Positions 1 through 9,047 of a stretch of 49,713 nucleotides of DNA are shown one piece after another. The notes beneath the pieces were generated by a model. It saw nothing but the letters and a program-made list of their open reading frames with translations, was not told the origin of the DNA and did not search any database. The stretch's first letter is position 1. Each line of letters opens with the position of its first letter. The DNA comes from a virus (taxonomy: Duplodnaviria > Heunggongvirae > Uroviricota > Caudoviricetes), in IMG/VR virus record IMGVR_UViG_2529292882_000007. One strand, given 5' to 3'. The position numbers and the translations under genes were made by a program.

Positions 1-95
1 CCAGCCGCTACAGCACCAGTTTGTAATCCTGACCTTACAAGTTGACTCTTTGCCTCACCAAGATGCTCTCGCTTCAATTCACGCTGCCTTTCCAA
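1..95. repeat. Terminal direct repeat; identical to 49619..49713, consistent with overlapping ends of a circular molecule
   Basis: Positions 1..95 and 49619..49713 read as the same 95 nt. Confidence 0.9.
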
Positions 96-755
96 CGCGC
101 GGTTTAACTCCTCCTGAGCACGTTTTACTGCAAGAACATTTTTCCGTGCTTCAGCCAACGCATTTTTATAGCTGTTAATTTTATCAATACGTTGTTTTTC
201 TAATGCCCGGTTAAGTTCCTCCTGCTGTTTTTTCACTTGCTGAACATTTGCTCTGGCTAAAGCCAAAGCCGTTCTGTAGCGGTTAACCTGCTCAACGCTA
301 CGGACCTGAGCCTCACGATTACGATCAATGCTGGCTTTAAGCTCTTTCTCTCTTGAAGCCAAAGCTCTGGCAGATGTATCAGCTCCCTGATAGGCAGACT
401 TTAAAGCGGCCAGTTCTTCACGCTGAGAACGTAGTGATGCTCGTAAATTCGATGAATGTGTTTTTGCCTTCTCAAAGTCACGAAGCATCGCTCTGGTTGG
501 ATTGGCCGTGTTTTTTATTTGCTTCTGTAACTCTTCAACGCGAGCGGCAGCTTTATGATATTCGAGGGCAGTCTGTCCAACCTTTACTTTTACAGATTGT
601 AGCTTTTGAATTTCCCCATGTTCTTTCGTTAATCCAGCAAGCTCGGCATTTAATTTAGCAACAGCCTGATTAGCTGTAGTAAAACTTTTGGGGAGAGAGG
701 CGGCAACTTTGCCGCCAATTTCAAAAGCCAGCTTAAAGTTCTTATTGCTGGCCAT
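1..755 (-). CDS. Tail tape measure protein, N-terminal part (continues across the window junction into 47581..49713)
   Basis: ATG at 755 with GAGGA Shine-Dalgarno; reading frame continuous with the minus ORF at the window end; coiled-coil ELNRALE-type internal repeats; position between chaperone and baseplate genes. Confidence 0.7.
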   Translation of the reverse strand, partial: MASNKNFKLAFEIGGKVAASLPKSFTTANQAVAKLNAELAGLTKEHGEIQKLQSVKVKVGQTALEYHKAAARVEELQKQIKNTANPTRAMLRDFEKAKTHSSNLRASLRSQREELAALKSAYQGADTSARALASREKELKASIDRNREAQVRSVEQVNRYRTALALARANVQQVKKQQEELNRALEKQRIDKINSYKNALAEARKNVLAVKRAQEELNRALERQRELKREHLGEAKSQLVRSGLQTGAVAA

Positions 756-760
756 TAGTA

Positions 761-925
761 TTAATCCTCATTAAACACATCAATCCATGCGACGATTCGC
801 CTCAACCGAAGCGAAAGCCAGTAGGATATAGGTGTTGATTGAGATGATTGAGATAGAGAACTCGCGGCCCTCATTATTTGCTTATCAATAGGTTTTTGCT
901 CATCAAAACCTACGAGAGCAAAAAA
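761..925 (-). CDS. Tail assembly chaperone -1 frameshift extension (E-prime/GT-like)
   Basis: ORF 761..943 overlaps the 3' end of the chaperone ORF in the -1 frame; slippery heptamer T TTT TTG at 919..925. Confidence 0.5.
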   Translation of the reverse strand, partial: FFALVGFDEQKPIDKQIMRAASSLSQSSQSTPISYWLSLRLRRIVAWIDVFNED

Positions 926-1191
926 TTCTGTACCTTTTGACAAACTTTAACAAAGTCTTTCGCTGGCAATCCATTCAGATACTCTATTGGACGGCCAATA
1001 CAGCGAGCAGCCAAGGCTGCATGGACTTTATTATCAAGTGATGTTTGAACTGAAACATGCCCTTGAGATTGCAGTAAGTCCGATACCTCTAAAATATCAC
1101 TGCCTTTTAAGTTGTCTAAATCAAGGTTGAGTTCAGTCACCGGCTCAAAGTCTTCAAAACGATATTCTTTACTTAATTTAACGGTTTCCAT
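910..1191 (-). CDS. Tail assembly chaperone (P2 E / lambda G-like position)
   Basis: 93-aa ORF between tail tube and tape measure genes; ends in slippery site. Confidence 0.55.
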   Translation of the reverse strand: METVKLSKEYRFEDFEPVTELNLDLDNLKGSDILEVSDLLQSQGHVSVQTSLDNKVHAALAARCIGRPIEYLNGLPAKDFVKVCQKVQNFLLS

Positions 1192-1200
1192 TTTGTCACC

Positions 1201-1722
1201 TTATAAACCTAAATCATCACGAACGCTTTTTAATATATCTTCACCATCAAAGATACAAATAAAGTTCAACTTATCAATTTCCAAGACTTCTTTTCCATCA
1301 ATAAATAATTTGATATAGAGAACTTCAAATTCATTCTCTGAATCAGTAGCCTTTGCCACCTGTAGCGAACCTAAATCCAGTTTTTTAGGGTTTAGCTTCA
1401 TTGAAGCCCGAATAGGAACCGTTTTATATTTTCCTGTTCCTGCATCATAAACCTGCTGGCTACCGCGAAAATCTACCTGATGCGATGAGGATAGAAATAA
1501 TTTTGTACCAGCAGAGGTCAGAGTTCGCCATTTAAGAGAGACAGTCATTGGTTTGAAATGCCCCAGCGTTCCGCTCTCAAGCTCTCCAGCGATACCTGCA
1601 CCACTAACAGTTTCTGTCATCATCTCAATTGATGGCAGCTTTGCGTCAGCAACACCGATAATACGGTTTCCCTCACCGTATACTGTAAAGTTAATAAGTC
1701 TCTCAGGAATTTGATTGCTCAA
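1201..1722 (-). CDS. Tail tube protein (contractile tail)
   Basis: 173-aa ORF immediately downstream of sheath gene. Confidence 0.65.
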   Translation of the reverse strand: MSNQIPERLINFTVYGEGNRIIGVADAKLPSIEMMTETVSGAGIAGELESGTLGHFKPMTVSLKWRTLTSAGTKLFLSSSHQVDFRGSQQVYDAGTGKYKTVPIRASMKLNPKKLDLGSLQVAKATDSENEFEVLYIKLFIDGKEVLEIDKLNFICIFDGEDILKSVRDDLGL

Positions 1723-1738
1723 AGCAACCTCCTATTAT

Positions 1739-3202
1739 TTATTCAGAAAACAAGTTCAGCAGATAATCAGGATTATATTCCATGACGAACTCTATATCTC
1801 TGGCAGGTGAGAATGGTGTCATTTTTACATGGAATTTAACAATCCCGTCCATCAATGACGTAATCGTGTTTTCAGACTGATCAAAGGTAACAACACCACC
1901 TGCAATATCCTGATTACCTGTGAGGCCGTTAAGCCAAATATTCGCACTTGTAACAATCGATTCAATTAATCGACGGTTTGCAGGATTGTCTATTTTTGAC
2001 CAATGCGAAAGAATTAACGTATTACCCACCCAGTTAAACATACGTCGGCAAACACGAAATGCGTCTTTGGGGTCTGTAGATGTTGGATAAATAGCATTAC
2101 GGTTTCCCCATGATTTCCAACCATCAAAATTAAGGCTTGTTACAATCCCCTGACCATTTAAGTAGTTTGCCTGGCTAATGTTAAGCCATACTTCACTGCC
2201 ATCTTTACGTACAGCACCGTCCATCTGTAGTTTTATATTTGACGGAGAACGTGATGGAATATCACCATACTGACTATCCAGCAAGCATGTTGCGGCCGCT
2301 AAATGGGTTGAGTGATGGTAAATATTGTCACCAAGTTTCACCATCGGCCAGCACACTGTCTGGTTAGCGGCCATGTGATTATTGTTCTGTTTCCATTCAG
2401 GAACAGCCGAGTAATCACTGATAGTAGATTTATCGGTCGGTGCATCAGTTATGGCTTCTGCTTTGAACAATTCACTAATCAACGCGGCTTTAGTCGCCAT
2501 TAGCTGACCAACTTCACTATCAGAACTAAATCCAGGCGCAATCACTTGTCCAGGAACCAACTTGAAGCGGGGATACACATCAGACAGTAACTCAAGCCCT
2601 GTATTGGCTTTAGTGTTGGAATCCACACCACCGATAATGTCATTTTTAGTTACGGCACCGGGATCAAGATGCGTATAACTAACCTTAAGAGTAGCGTCTT
2701 TTTCGGTAATTTTTCCTCCGCTAATAGCGGTAATGACCGTATAGCCATTATCATCCAGCGCCAGCACATAATCGGTATCAACCGTTAACCCTGGCGAATC
2801 ACCATCTGCTTTTTTCACAACAACAGATTTATATAAGACACCATCGTTAGAGAGCGTACCTTTCCCGCCAGAAAGTTTTACTACCTCATCAGTTACGTCT
2901 TTCTTATGCTTTGCTGGATCAAGCACATTGATAAATACAACTGGCGCAACACCATATATTCCAAATGCGACTTTAATTACTTCGCTTAAAGTATATTTCT
3001 CGAAGTTTGTGCTATATCCTATTTTAGATACGGCCTCTGCGTATGTATAAGCAATGATAGGTTTATTTACTGCTGAGGCTGGATCTTCTAACTGATTAAC
3101 AGGAGCTGTACCAAATGCGACAATCAACCCAGCACTAACTTGTACTGGAGGAGTTATAGATGTAGCCAGCTCAGATATATAAATACCGTGGCGATATCCC
3201 AT
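1739..3202 (-). CDS. Tail sheath protein
   Basis: 487-aa ORF; C-terminal WGNR-containing region typical of myovirus sheath proteins; followed by tube gene. Confidence 0.8.
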   Translation of the reverse strand: MGYRHGIYISELATSITPPVQVSAGLIVAFGTAPVNQLEDPASAVNKPIIAYTYAEAVSKIGYSTNFEKYTLSEVIKVAFGIYGVAPVVFINVLDPAKHKKDVTDEVVKLSGGKGTLSNDGVLYKSVVVKKADGDSPGLTVDTDYVLALDDNGYTVITAISGGKITEKDATLKVSYTHLDPGAVTKNDIIGGVDSNTKANTGLELLSDVYPRFKLVPGQVIAPGFSSDSEVGQLMATKAALISELFKAEAITDAPTDKSTISDYSAVPEWKQNNNHMAANQTVCWPMVKLGDNIYHHSTHLAAATCLLDSQYGDIPSRSPSNIKLQMDGAVRKDGSEVWLNISQANYLNGQGIVTSLNFDGWKSWGNRNAIYPTSTDPKDAFRVCRRMFNWVGNTLILSHWSKIDNPANRRLIESIVTSANIWLNGLTGNQDIAGGVVTFDQSENTITSLMDGIVKFHVKMTPFSPARDIEFVMEYNPDYLLNLFSE

Positions 3203-3492
3203 TATTTAATCTCCATGATAGAAGAAGAAACTCTAGAGTACATTACATACTCGACACTGGTTTTATCAGAAAGTCTTTTTTCTGCATCTGCAAAATCACT
3301 GGTTGCCACAAACAAACACTTTGCACCAGGAATATGTGATATTAATTTTTCACACTCTGGAGATAAGCCATTCTTAAATAGTTTATGCTTCAAAATTGAG
3401 AGTTGAGGGATTGTTGGTCCTATATATACAAATGTTTGAGCAACATCTTCCTTCTTTTCTATATCTTCTTTACTACTTTTCTTATTAGCCAT
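3202..3492 (-). CDS. Hypothetical neck/tail protein
   Basis: 96-aa ORF between head and tail modules. Confidence 0.3.
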   Translation of the reverse strand: MANKKSSKEDIEKKEDVAQTFVYIGPTIPQLSILKHKLFKNGLSPECEKLISHIPGAKCLFVATSDFADAEKRLSDKTSVEYVMYSRVSSSIMEIK

Positions 3493-3978
3493 TTAGATAA
3501 ACTCCTGAGACTGAATATTCTGAGGCTTTAATACTAGCCACGTTCCAGTTGCTTCCGTTATCCAATATGGATATGGTTGATCATCAAACATTCGCCATCT
3601 GATATCACCCTGAAAGAGAAATTTCTCTTCAAGTAAAGGCTTCTCCTGAAAATGAAACATCATCCTTTCAAGAAGAGCCATTACCCATTCATATCCAGTA
3701 TGGTCCTCACAAAAACCACCTAGAAGAAACTTAACCTTAACTTCATCCATTTCAGGCTGCATTCCTCCTTCCGTGGGTCTGATAATCACATGAGGAAATT
3801 CTGGCGGTTTATCTGGAGATGGTTGTGATTTAGGAGGCAAGTACCCTTTAAATATTGTTGGAACAAACAATTTAATATCGCTGTCTGTTTCATCATAAGG
3901 AGGCCCCTGCACTAATAAATCATGGAAAACCTCATGTTCCAACCGATTTTTTATTGCATCTATCAAAAGATTAATCAA
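3493..3978 (-). CDS. Hypothetical tail completion/neck protein
   Basis: 161-aa ORF; start overlaps stop of upstream gene. Confidence 0.3.
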   Translation of the reverse strand: MINLLIDAIKNRLEHEVFHDLLVQGPPYDETDSDIKLFVPTIFKGYLPPKSQPSPDKPPEFPHVIIRPTEGGMQPEMDEVKVKFLLGGFCEDHTGYEWVMALLERMMFHFQEKPLLEEKFLFQGDIRWRMFDDQPYPYWITEATGTWLVLKPQNIQSQEFI

Positions 3979-4319
3979 ATCGGCATTCCTCTGTTAGTAT
4001 TAACAGTGAGAGTTATTTCTAATACACCAACATTATCTGATACTTCATCAACAATATAATTTTTACCGTTGATTTTCATTGACTGGTCTTTGACAGGGAG
4101 AACAGGAAAATCTTTTCTTGAAACAAATAATATTATTTGCCCCTGATTTATTCCCTCTGCAAACTCAGCATATGAGCGTTTATTACGCTCATGAATAAGG
4201 TCTGTATCAATAACGGCAAGGATATCCTTGCCGTCTATGTTATATGTATCGGCAAACTCTTTTTCATTGAGGAATATTGCAGAAATATCTTGCGCTATAA
4301 CCTCTTTGAAGGAGTTCAT
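3975..4319 (-). CDS. Putative head-tail connector (FII-like position)
   Basis: 114-aa ORF, start overlaps stop of upstream gene; position after capsid gene. Confidence 0.35.
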   Translation of the reverse strand: MNSFKEVIAQDISAIFLNEKEFADTYNIDGKDILAVIDTDLIHERNKRSYAEFAEGINQGQIILFVSRKDFPVLPVKDQSMKINGKNYIVDEVSDNVGVLEITLTVNTNRGMPI

Positions 4320-4711
4320 TACTTCTTATTACCTTTTTTTTGCGTTGATTTTTTCGCATTACTGGTATCAGAAGTAGCTACAGATTCAGATGAATCATCA
4401 GCAACCATTTCCTCATTGCCGCTATCATCCTCAAACTCAACCTCGAATACACAGCTACCCGCCTCCGTTCGCGTAATCAACCCCGTGTCCACAGCATCAT
4501 TAACAGCAGATGCGTATCCATGCTCAAAAGCTAACTTAGCAGCATCATAGCCCCCAGCCGATGCCAAATCACCATCCTCTTCGGTGGCAATAGCATGTCC
4601 TGACGCAATCAGTTCGGCAATTCTGGAGTTATCCATTAGCCCATTAAGCAAACGGCCCGCTTTTAGCGAGCCGTGGCTTATCGTATCAATGTTTTTAATC
4701 AGTCTGGCCAT
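4319..4711 (-). CDS. Putative head completion/DNA packaging protein (FI-like position), acidic C-terminal half
   Basis: 130-aa ORF directly after major capsid gene; acidic stretch EVEFEDDSGNEEMVADDSSE. Confidence 0.3.
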   Translation of the reverse strand: MARLIKNIDTISHGSLKAGRLLNGLMDNSRIAELIASGHAIATEEDGDLASAGGYDAAKLAFEHGYASAVNDAVDTGLITRTEAGSCVFEVEFEDDSGNEEMVADDSSESVATSDTSNAKKSTQKKGNKK

Positions 4712-5755
4712 TTAAACCACCTTAGCCACCAGATAGGCATCAGCCACACCAGGATTAGGCAGTGGAGATGACTTCATGGCAACATAACGGCCAGCCGGCT
4801 TACGAGTTACCCAGGTGTCTGGAACTCGTGGCGACTCAACAATCGTCAGAGTCTTTTCGGCGTCATCTACAAGCTCTACAGCACCATACAGCATCGTTCC
4901 TCGACCAGGAGAGCCAAAGAGGATCTTATCTTCCGGTACTAATGGTTCTGGTTTTCCTGTTTTATCATTGCGAATAAGTTCGTCGTAACCATAAAAATCG
5001 ACACCTTCAAGATTGCCATAATGAGTTACGCCTTCTTCTAACTCCTTAGGCTCAATATACCCAAGCTCTTTTCGGCGATTATCAAGATATTTAGTTACTG
5101 CTTCATTTTTAACGAAGGCATCAACAACTTTTGCGCCCATTACGGCAACACGAGGTGTAAAACCTGAAGTTAGTGATACCCGACGTTTCCAGTTGCGAAC
5201 ATTGACCAACGGATCTGATTTTGCTGCGCTCCATAAATCATCACCTGTCAGTTCAAGATATGGTTTATCTCCTTCCTCTTCAGGCCAAAAATAAACTGTG
5301 TCATCCACTCCTTCACCAACAATATCAACCTGCCCCGTAAACAAGACTTGTGCACACATCCATTCTTCACGGCGGTTAACCATTTCATCAAGCTCAAGCA
5401 AATCTTTACCTAATTGCGCGGCGGCTCGTTCTGCTGGCGATTTTGCGTTGTAAATATTCTCACCCGGAAGCCTGTTTAAAAGCAGCTCGGCTGTTGTTAC
5501 CAAATCAGGTGCAACAAGTGGTGGCTCCAGAGTTCTCGTTACAAAGCCGCGTCGCTCAACGGTTTTTGAGCCAAAACCTTTACCAACAAACGGAGCCATA
5601 GTACGGCCACCGCGAACAAAATCCAGATCAACTTTCTTTGTATTAAAGGTCTGAACACCAGGAAAAAAGGTACGAAGAAGAAAACGACGAGCCTTGAAAT
5701 TCTGAATAACAGGCTCAAGCATTGTACGTCGTTCAAAAATATCAATATTCGGCAT
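4712..5755 (-). CDS. Major capsid protein (lambda gpE-like)
   Basis: 347-aa ORF after decoration gene; resemblance to lambda E family by memory. Confidence 0.7.
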   Translation of the reverse strand: MPNIDIFERRTMLEPVIQNFKARRFLLRTFFPGVQTFNTKKVDLDFVRGGRTMAPFVGKGFGSKTVERRGFVTRTLEPPLVAPDLVTTAELLLNRLPGENIYNAKSPAERAAAQLGKDLLELDEMVNRREEWMCAQVLFTGQVDIVGEGVDDTVYFWPEEEGDKPYLELTGDDLWSAAKSDPLVNVRNWKRRVSLTSGFTPRVAVMGAKVVDAFVKNEAVTKYLDNRRKELGYIEPKELEEGVTHYGNLEGVDFYGYDELIRNDKTGKPEPLVPEDKILFGSPGRGTMLYGAVELVDDAEKTLTIVESPRVPDTWVTRKPAGRYVAMKSSPLPNPGVADAYLVAKVV

Positions 5756-5775
5756 AAAAATACGACCTCTTTATA

Positions 5776-6159
5776 TTATGCAGATGGATTTTGTTGTGCG
5801 GTATTAAGGAATATCCCAACCTTCCGGCAAGCCAGATATACATCGGCAATCTTTGCTGATTCAGGAAGGATAACCGCATGTGCATTGAACATTCCGGTCA
5901 GCCATGCTGTTCCAACTTGCGCTGAATCAGTCGCATCAATACTATGTTGAGCGATACAATACGGTTCTTTTGCCACCCCCTCACCAGAGAGATTTATTGG
6001 TGCCACAGTGACAACATTTGTTGTCTGATCAATACTGACAAAAGCAAGCAACTCACCTCGATTTACTTTACCGCTGGCAAGTTTAATACTTGTTGTAATT
6101 GCTGGCATACCACCAGAAATAATCAGATTATCTGGTTCAAATGAAAAAGACTCTCGCAT
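5776..6159 (-). CDS. Head decoration protein (lambda gpD-like)
   Basis: 127-aa ORF between protease and capsid genes. Confidence 0.55.
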   Translation of the reverse strand: MRESFSFEPDNLIISGGMPAITTSIKLASGKVNRGELLAFVSIDQTTNVVTVAPINLSGEGVAKEPYCIAQHSIDATDSAQVGTAWLTGMFNAHAVILPESAKIADVYLACRKVGIFLNTAQQNPSA

Positions 6160-6168
6160 AAACTCACC

Positions 6169-7257
6169 TTAATTTTTATCGCGGTTTTTGAATACTGACC
6201 CAATAACATTTTTTACTACTTCAGCTTGTTTATCGCCGTTGTTTTCTGGTTGATTAACATCAACTGAATCATTCACCTCATTTGCGTCTTCTTGCCGTTG
6301 ATTAAGAAAGTTTTTGTTACGCGCTCGCTCTGCATTCATAATTTCCAAAGCAAGTTCAGCCGCAGAAATTCCCGTTTTGAATTTTGCATTCTTAACCAGG
6401 TCGTCATGACCTGGAATTACGCTATTCTCGATTGTTTCAATGCGCTCGCGTTCTGATTTAACGCCCTCGTCTTTACCAGCATTAAAAACCTGATTGTATA
6501 ATTCTGGATGTTTATTTTTTAATTCATCAAGAGTCACAACATCGTCCTCATTTTGTTCATTTAATTCAGTAGATAATTCATTTTTATTTTGTGGCAACTT
6601 TGCGAGCGAATCAGGTAATTTTGAAAACCTTGATGCTTCAAAAGTTATTCCATTGAGCGAAAGCATCCCTTCCTTTATAGAAGCGGATAAGCGCATTGGT
6701 TTTTCAACTTCGTCAGCAAATCCAAGCTCTACAGCCTCTTCTGCATTTAGCCATGTTTCCTGATCCATTAGTTCAATTAATTTATCCTCAGAAAGCCCTG
6801 TTTTCTCCTTATATGCAGATAAAATACTATCTCGTATCTTATCCATCATCTCAGCAATATCACGTAGTTCATCCGCATCACCAGCAGCAAATGTCCACGG
6901 ATTATGGATCATCATCATAGCATTAGATGGGATAACAACTTTATCACCTGCCATTGCAATAATGGTTGCAGCCGATGCAGCAATACCATCAATATAAACA
7001 GTAATATTAGCCTTATGACGTTTTAATGAAGAAAGAATAGCTTGAGCAGTAAAAACAGAACCACCATAACTATTAATTTTTACGTTGATAGCATTTGATG
7101 ATATATCCTTTAATTTATTAACTATGTCAGAAGAAGAAACCTCATCAAATTCGCCAATATATCCGTAGATTAAAAGTTCAGCCGGAGAGTCATCTTCACC
7201 CGTGCTATTTTTTATTTCCCACCAATTAGGCATCATCTGTCTCCATATTTTGTTCAT
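6169..7257 (-). CDS. Prohead protease with C-terminal scaffold region (ClpP/S49 family, lambda gpC-like)
   Basis: Motif YGGSVFTAQAI...GIAASAATIIAMAGDKVVIP typical of ClpP/S49 serine protease core; acidic/coiled C-terminal half. Confidence 0.7.
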   Translation of the reverse strand: MNKIWRQMMPNWWEIKNSTGEDDSPAELLIYGYIGEFDEVSSSDIVNKLKDISSNAINVKINSYGGSVFTAQAILSSLKRHKANITVYIDGIAASAATIIAMAGDKVVIPSNAMMMIHNPWTFAAGDADELRDIAEMMDKIRDSILSAYKEKTGLSEDKLIELMDQETWLNAEEAVELGFADEVEKPMRLSASIKEGMLSLNGITFEASRFSKLPDSLAKLPQNKNELSTELNEQNEDDVVTLDELKNKHPELYNQVFNAGKDEGVKSERERIETIENSVIPGHDDLVKNAKFKTGISAAELALEIMNAERARNKNFLNQRQEDANEVNDSVDVNQPENNGDKQAEVVKNVIGSVFKNRDKN

Positions 7258-8800
7258 TTACCTCAGAAACAGGAGGCGTAATCAGCCCCAACTCACGGCG
7301 AGCATTCTCTTCTCTGCCACAAATTTGTGCGGTTTCTTCCCAGTTAAGACCTGACATTTCAGCCGCTTCCTTTTCACGGGTAGAGAATGTTTCCTCAACA
7401 CGCAGTTTTGCAGCTTTGACTTCTTTAAGGGGATCTAATTGGCCTTGTGATGGGCCATACCATTGAGCGCCACTCCATGCAGCGCGATATTCAGGCCCAT
7501 AAAAAAAACCAGGGGCAATAACACGACCTTTAGCAACGGCTTCGGCCAACCATTCCTCATAGATCGGTTGGCAAAATGACTGAACCATCCAGTCACGTCG
7601 CATACGGAACATTTTCCAGGCTTCAAGTAATGCGGCCCTGCTAGCGCTATAACTTGCTGTAAAATGCTTTACCAAGAGTTCGTAAGGGAGTTCTAAAGCA
7701 GCCCCAATTTGACGGCATATGGCGACAACAAAACCATCAAATGCCGTATTTGGTCGCCCGGGATTTGCTGTATCTATCGACTCACCTTCACCCAAACTTA
7801 CTATGGAGCCATTCCCCATTTCTTGGGTGTTATCATCATGGTTATCGATCTGCTCGTACTGAGGGATACCCGATTCACCGACTGGTCCATCAGGAGCGTC
7901 TGTTTTAATAAAGACAGTAAACATCCCTGACACAACCGCAGCAACCAATTCAGCATCGGTGTATCGTCCTAACTGCTTCAATGCTTCAATAACAGGAGCA
8001 AGTACAGGAACGCCACGGCGTTGCCCAGGCCTTTCAAAATCCTGCATGACATGCAGAATATTTCTTCTTCCTGTTTTACTCCCATATGCGGGAATACGTT
8101 CCCACTTGCGGGTTACAAAACCAGAAGTCCCGGCTGGGTGATGTTTTGCAACCCAGTACGCCACAGGCTCGCTAAATTCACCAACCTCTACGCCACCGTA
8201 AAGATTTGGTATAAAACGATCCTCTGGATTGCAAACACGATCACCTTCAATTAAATAGACGCACAAATCATATATAACACCCTTACGCTTAATAACTGGT
8301 AACGCAGCAAATATATCGCCAGATGTTAACGCAGATATTTGGACCAATGATTGCAATTGTCCAAAAGTACACATTCTTGATGCATCACAATTTGGAGAAT
8401 CAGCCCATAATCTAAACTCACGCTCAACATGCTTTTCCCATGCTCGCGCTTCTTCCTGCGTCATCCCCAAGAAATCGGCATCAATGTTCGCATTTAGTTT
8501 TAAACCGGAACCAACAACGTTTGTCCTGATAGTTTTTATTGCGCCAACCGATAGCGGGTTTCCCATGAAGAGATCACGAGAACGCTCACGCAATTTATCT
8601 ATATTTTTAACAATATCATCATCAGGAGAACCAGCTTTACTAAACCAACCCCTTAATGATTTTTTATGAGTGCTTGCACCATGACGTGAATATCCAAGGT
8701 TATTAATACCTTCAAGTGCTTCTAACCGTTTTCTTGCCAAAGCTCGATTTAATGCCCTCTGAGGTGAAAACGGCGCAATAACTCGATCAAGAATATTCAT
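7226..8800 (-). CDS. Portal protein (lambda gpB-like)
   Basis: 524-aa ORF following large terminase and gpW; lambda-B-like segments. Confidence 0.75.
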   Translation of the reverse strand: MNILDRVIAPFSPQRALNRALARKRLEALEGINNLGYSRHGASTHKKSLRGWFSKAGSPDDDIVKNIDKLRERSRDLFMGNPLSVGAIKTIRTNVVGSGLKLNANIDADFLGMTQEEARAWEKHVEREFRLWADSPNCDASRMCTFGQLQSLVQISALTSGDIFAALPVIKRKGVIYDLCVYLIEGDRVCNPEDRFIPNLYGGVEVGEFSEPVAYWVAKHHPAGTSGFVTRKWERIPAYGSKTGRRNILHVMQDFERPGQRRGVPVLAPVIEALKQLGRYTDAELVAAVVSGMFTVFIKTDAPDGPVGESGIPQYEQIDNHDDNTQEMGNGSIVSLGEGESIDTANPGRPNTAFDGFVVAICRQIGAALELPYELLVKHFTASYSASRAALLEAWKMFRMRRDWMVQSFCQPIYEEWLAEAVAKGRVIAPGFFYGPEYRAAWSGAQWYGPSQGQLDPLKEVKAAKLRVEETFSTREKEAAEMSGLNWEETAQICGREENARRELGLITPPVSEVNEQNMETDDA

Positions 8801-9036
8801 AAATCTCTTATCACCACTCGTTTAATTCGTGGGCCTCGGCGTATACCTGCTGATAATCTTTCTACTTCATTACGCCAGTAATCCATCTCTTTTCTGACTT
8901 CTGATAAATCCGCACGAGTTAACTGCCGCGTACCAAATTTATATGACTGACCGCCAATAGCAATAGCGCGATATGCTTCCCGCCAGACAGATAACATCTC
9001 TCTGGCTTCAGTCAGAGAAAATGCTTCATTGTTCAT
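8797..9036 (-). CDS. Head-tail joining protein gpW-like
   Basis: 79-aa ORF between large terminase and portal, conserved lambda gene order. Confidence 0.45.
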   Translation of the reverse strand: MNNEAFSLTEAREMLSVWREAYRAIAIGGQSYKFGTRQLTRADLSEVRKEMDYWRNEVERLSAGIRRGPRIKRVVIRDL

Positions 9037-9047
9037 TTATATTTCCT

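Noticed and set aside
353-658. Plus-strand ORF of 101 aa
   Set aside because: Lies antisense inside the tape measure gene; no RBS or functional motif.
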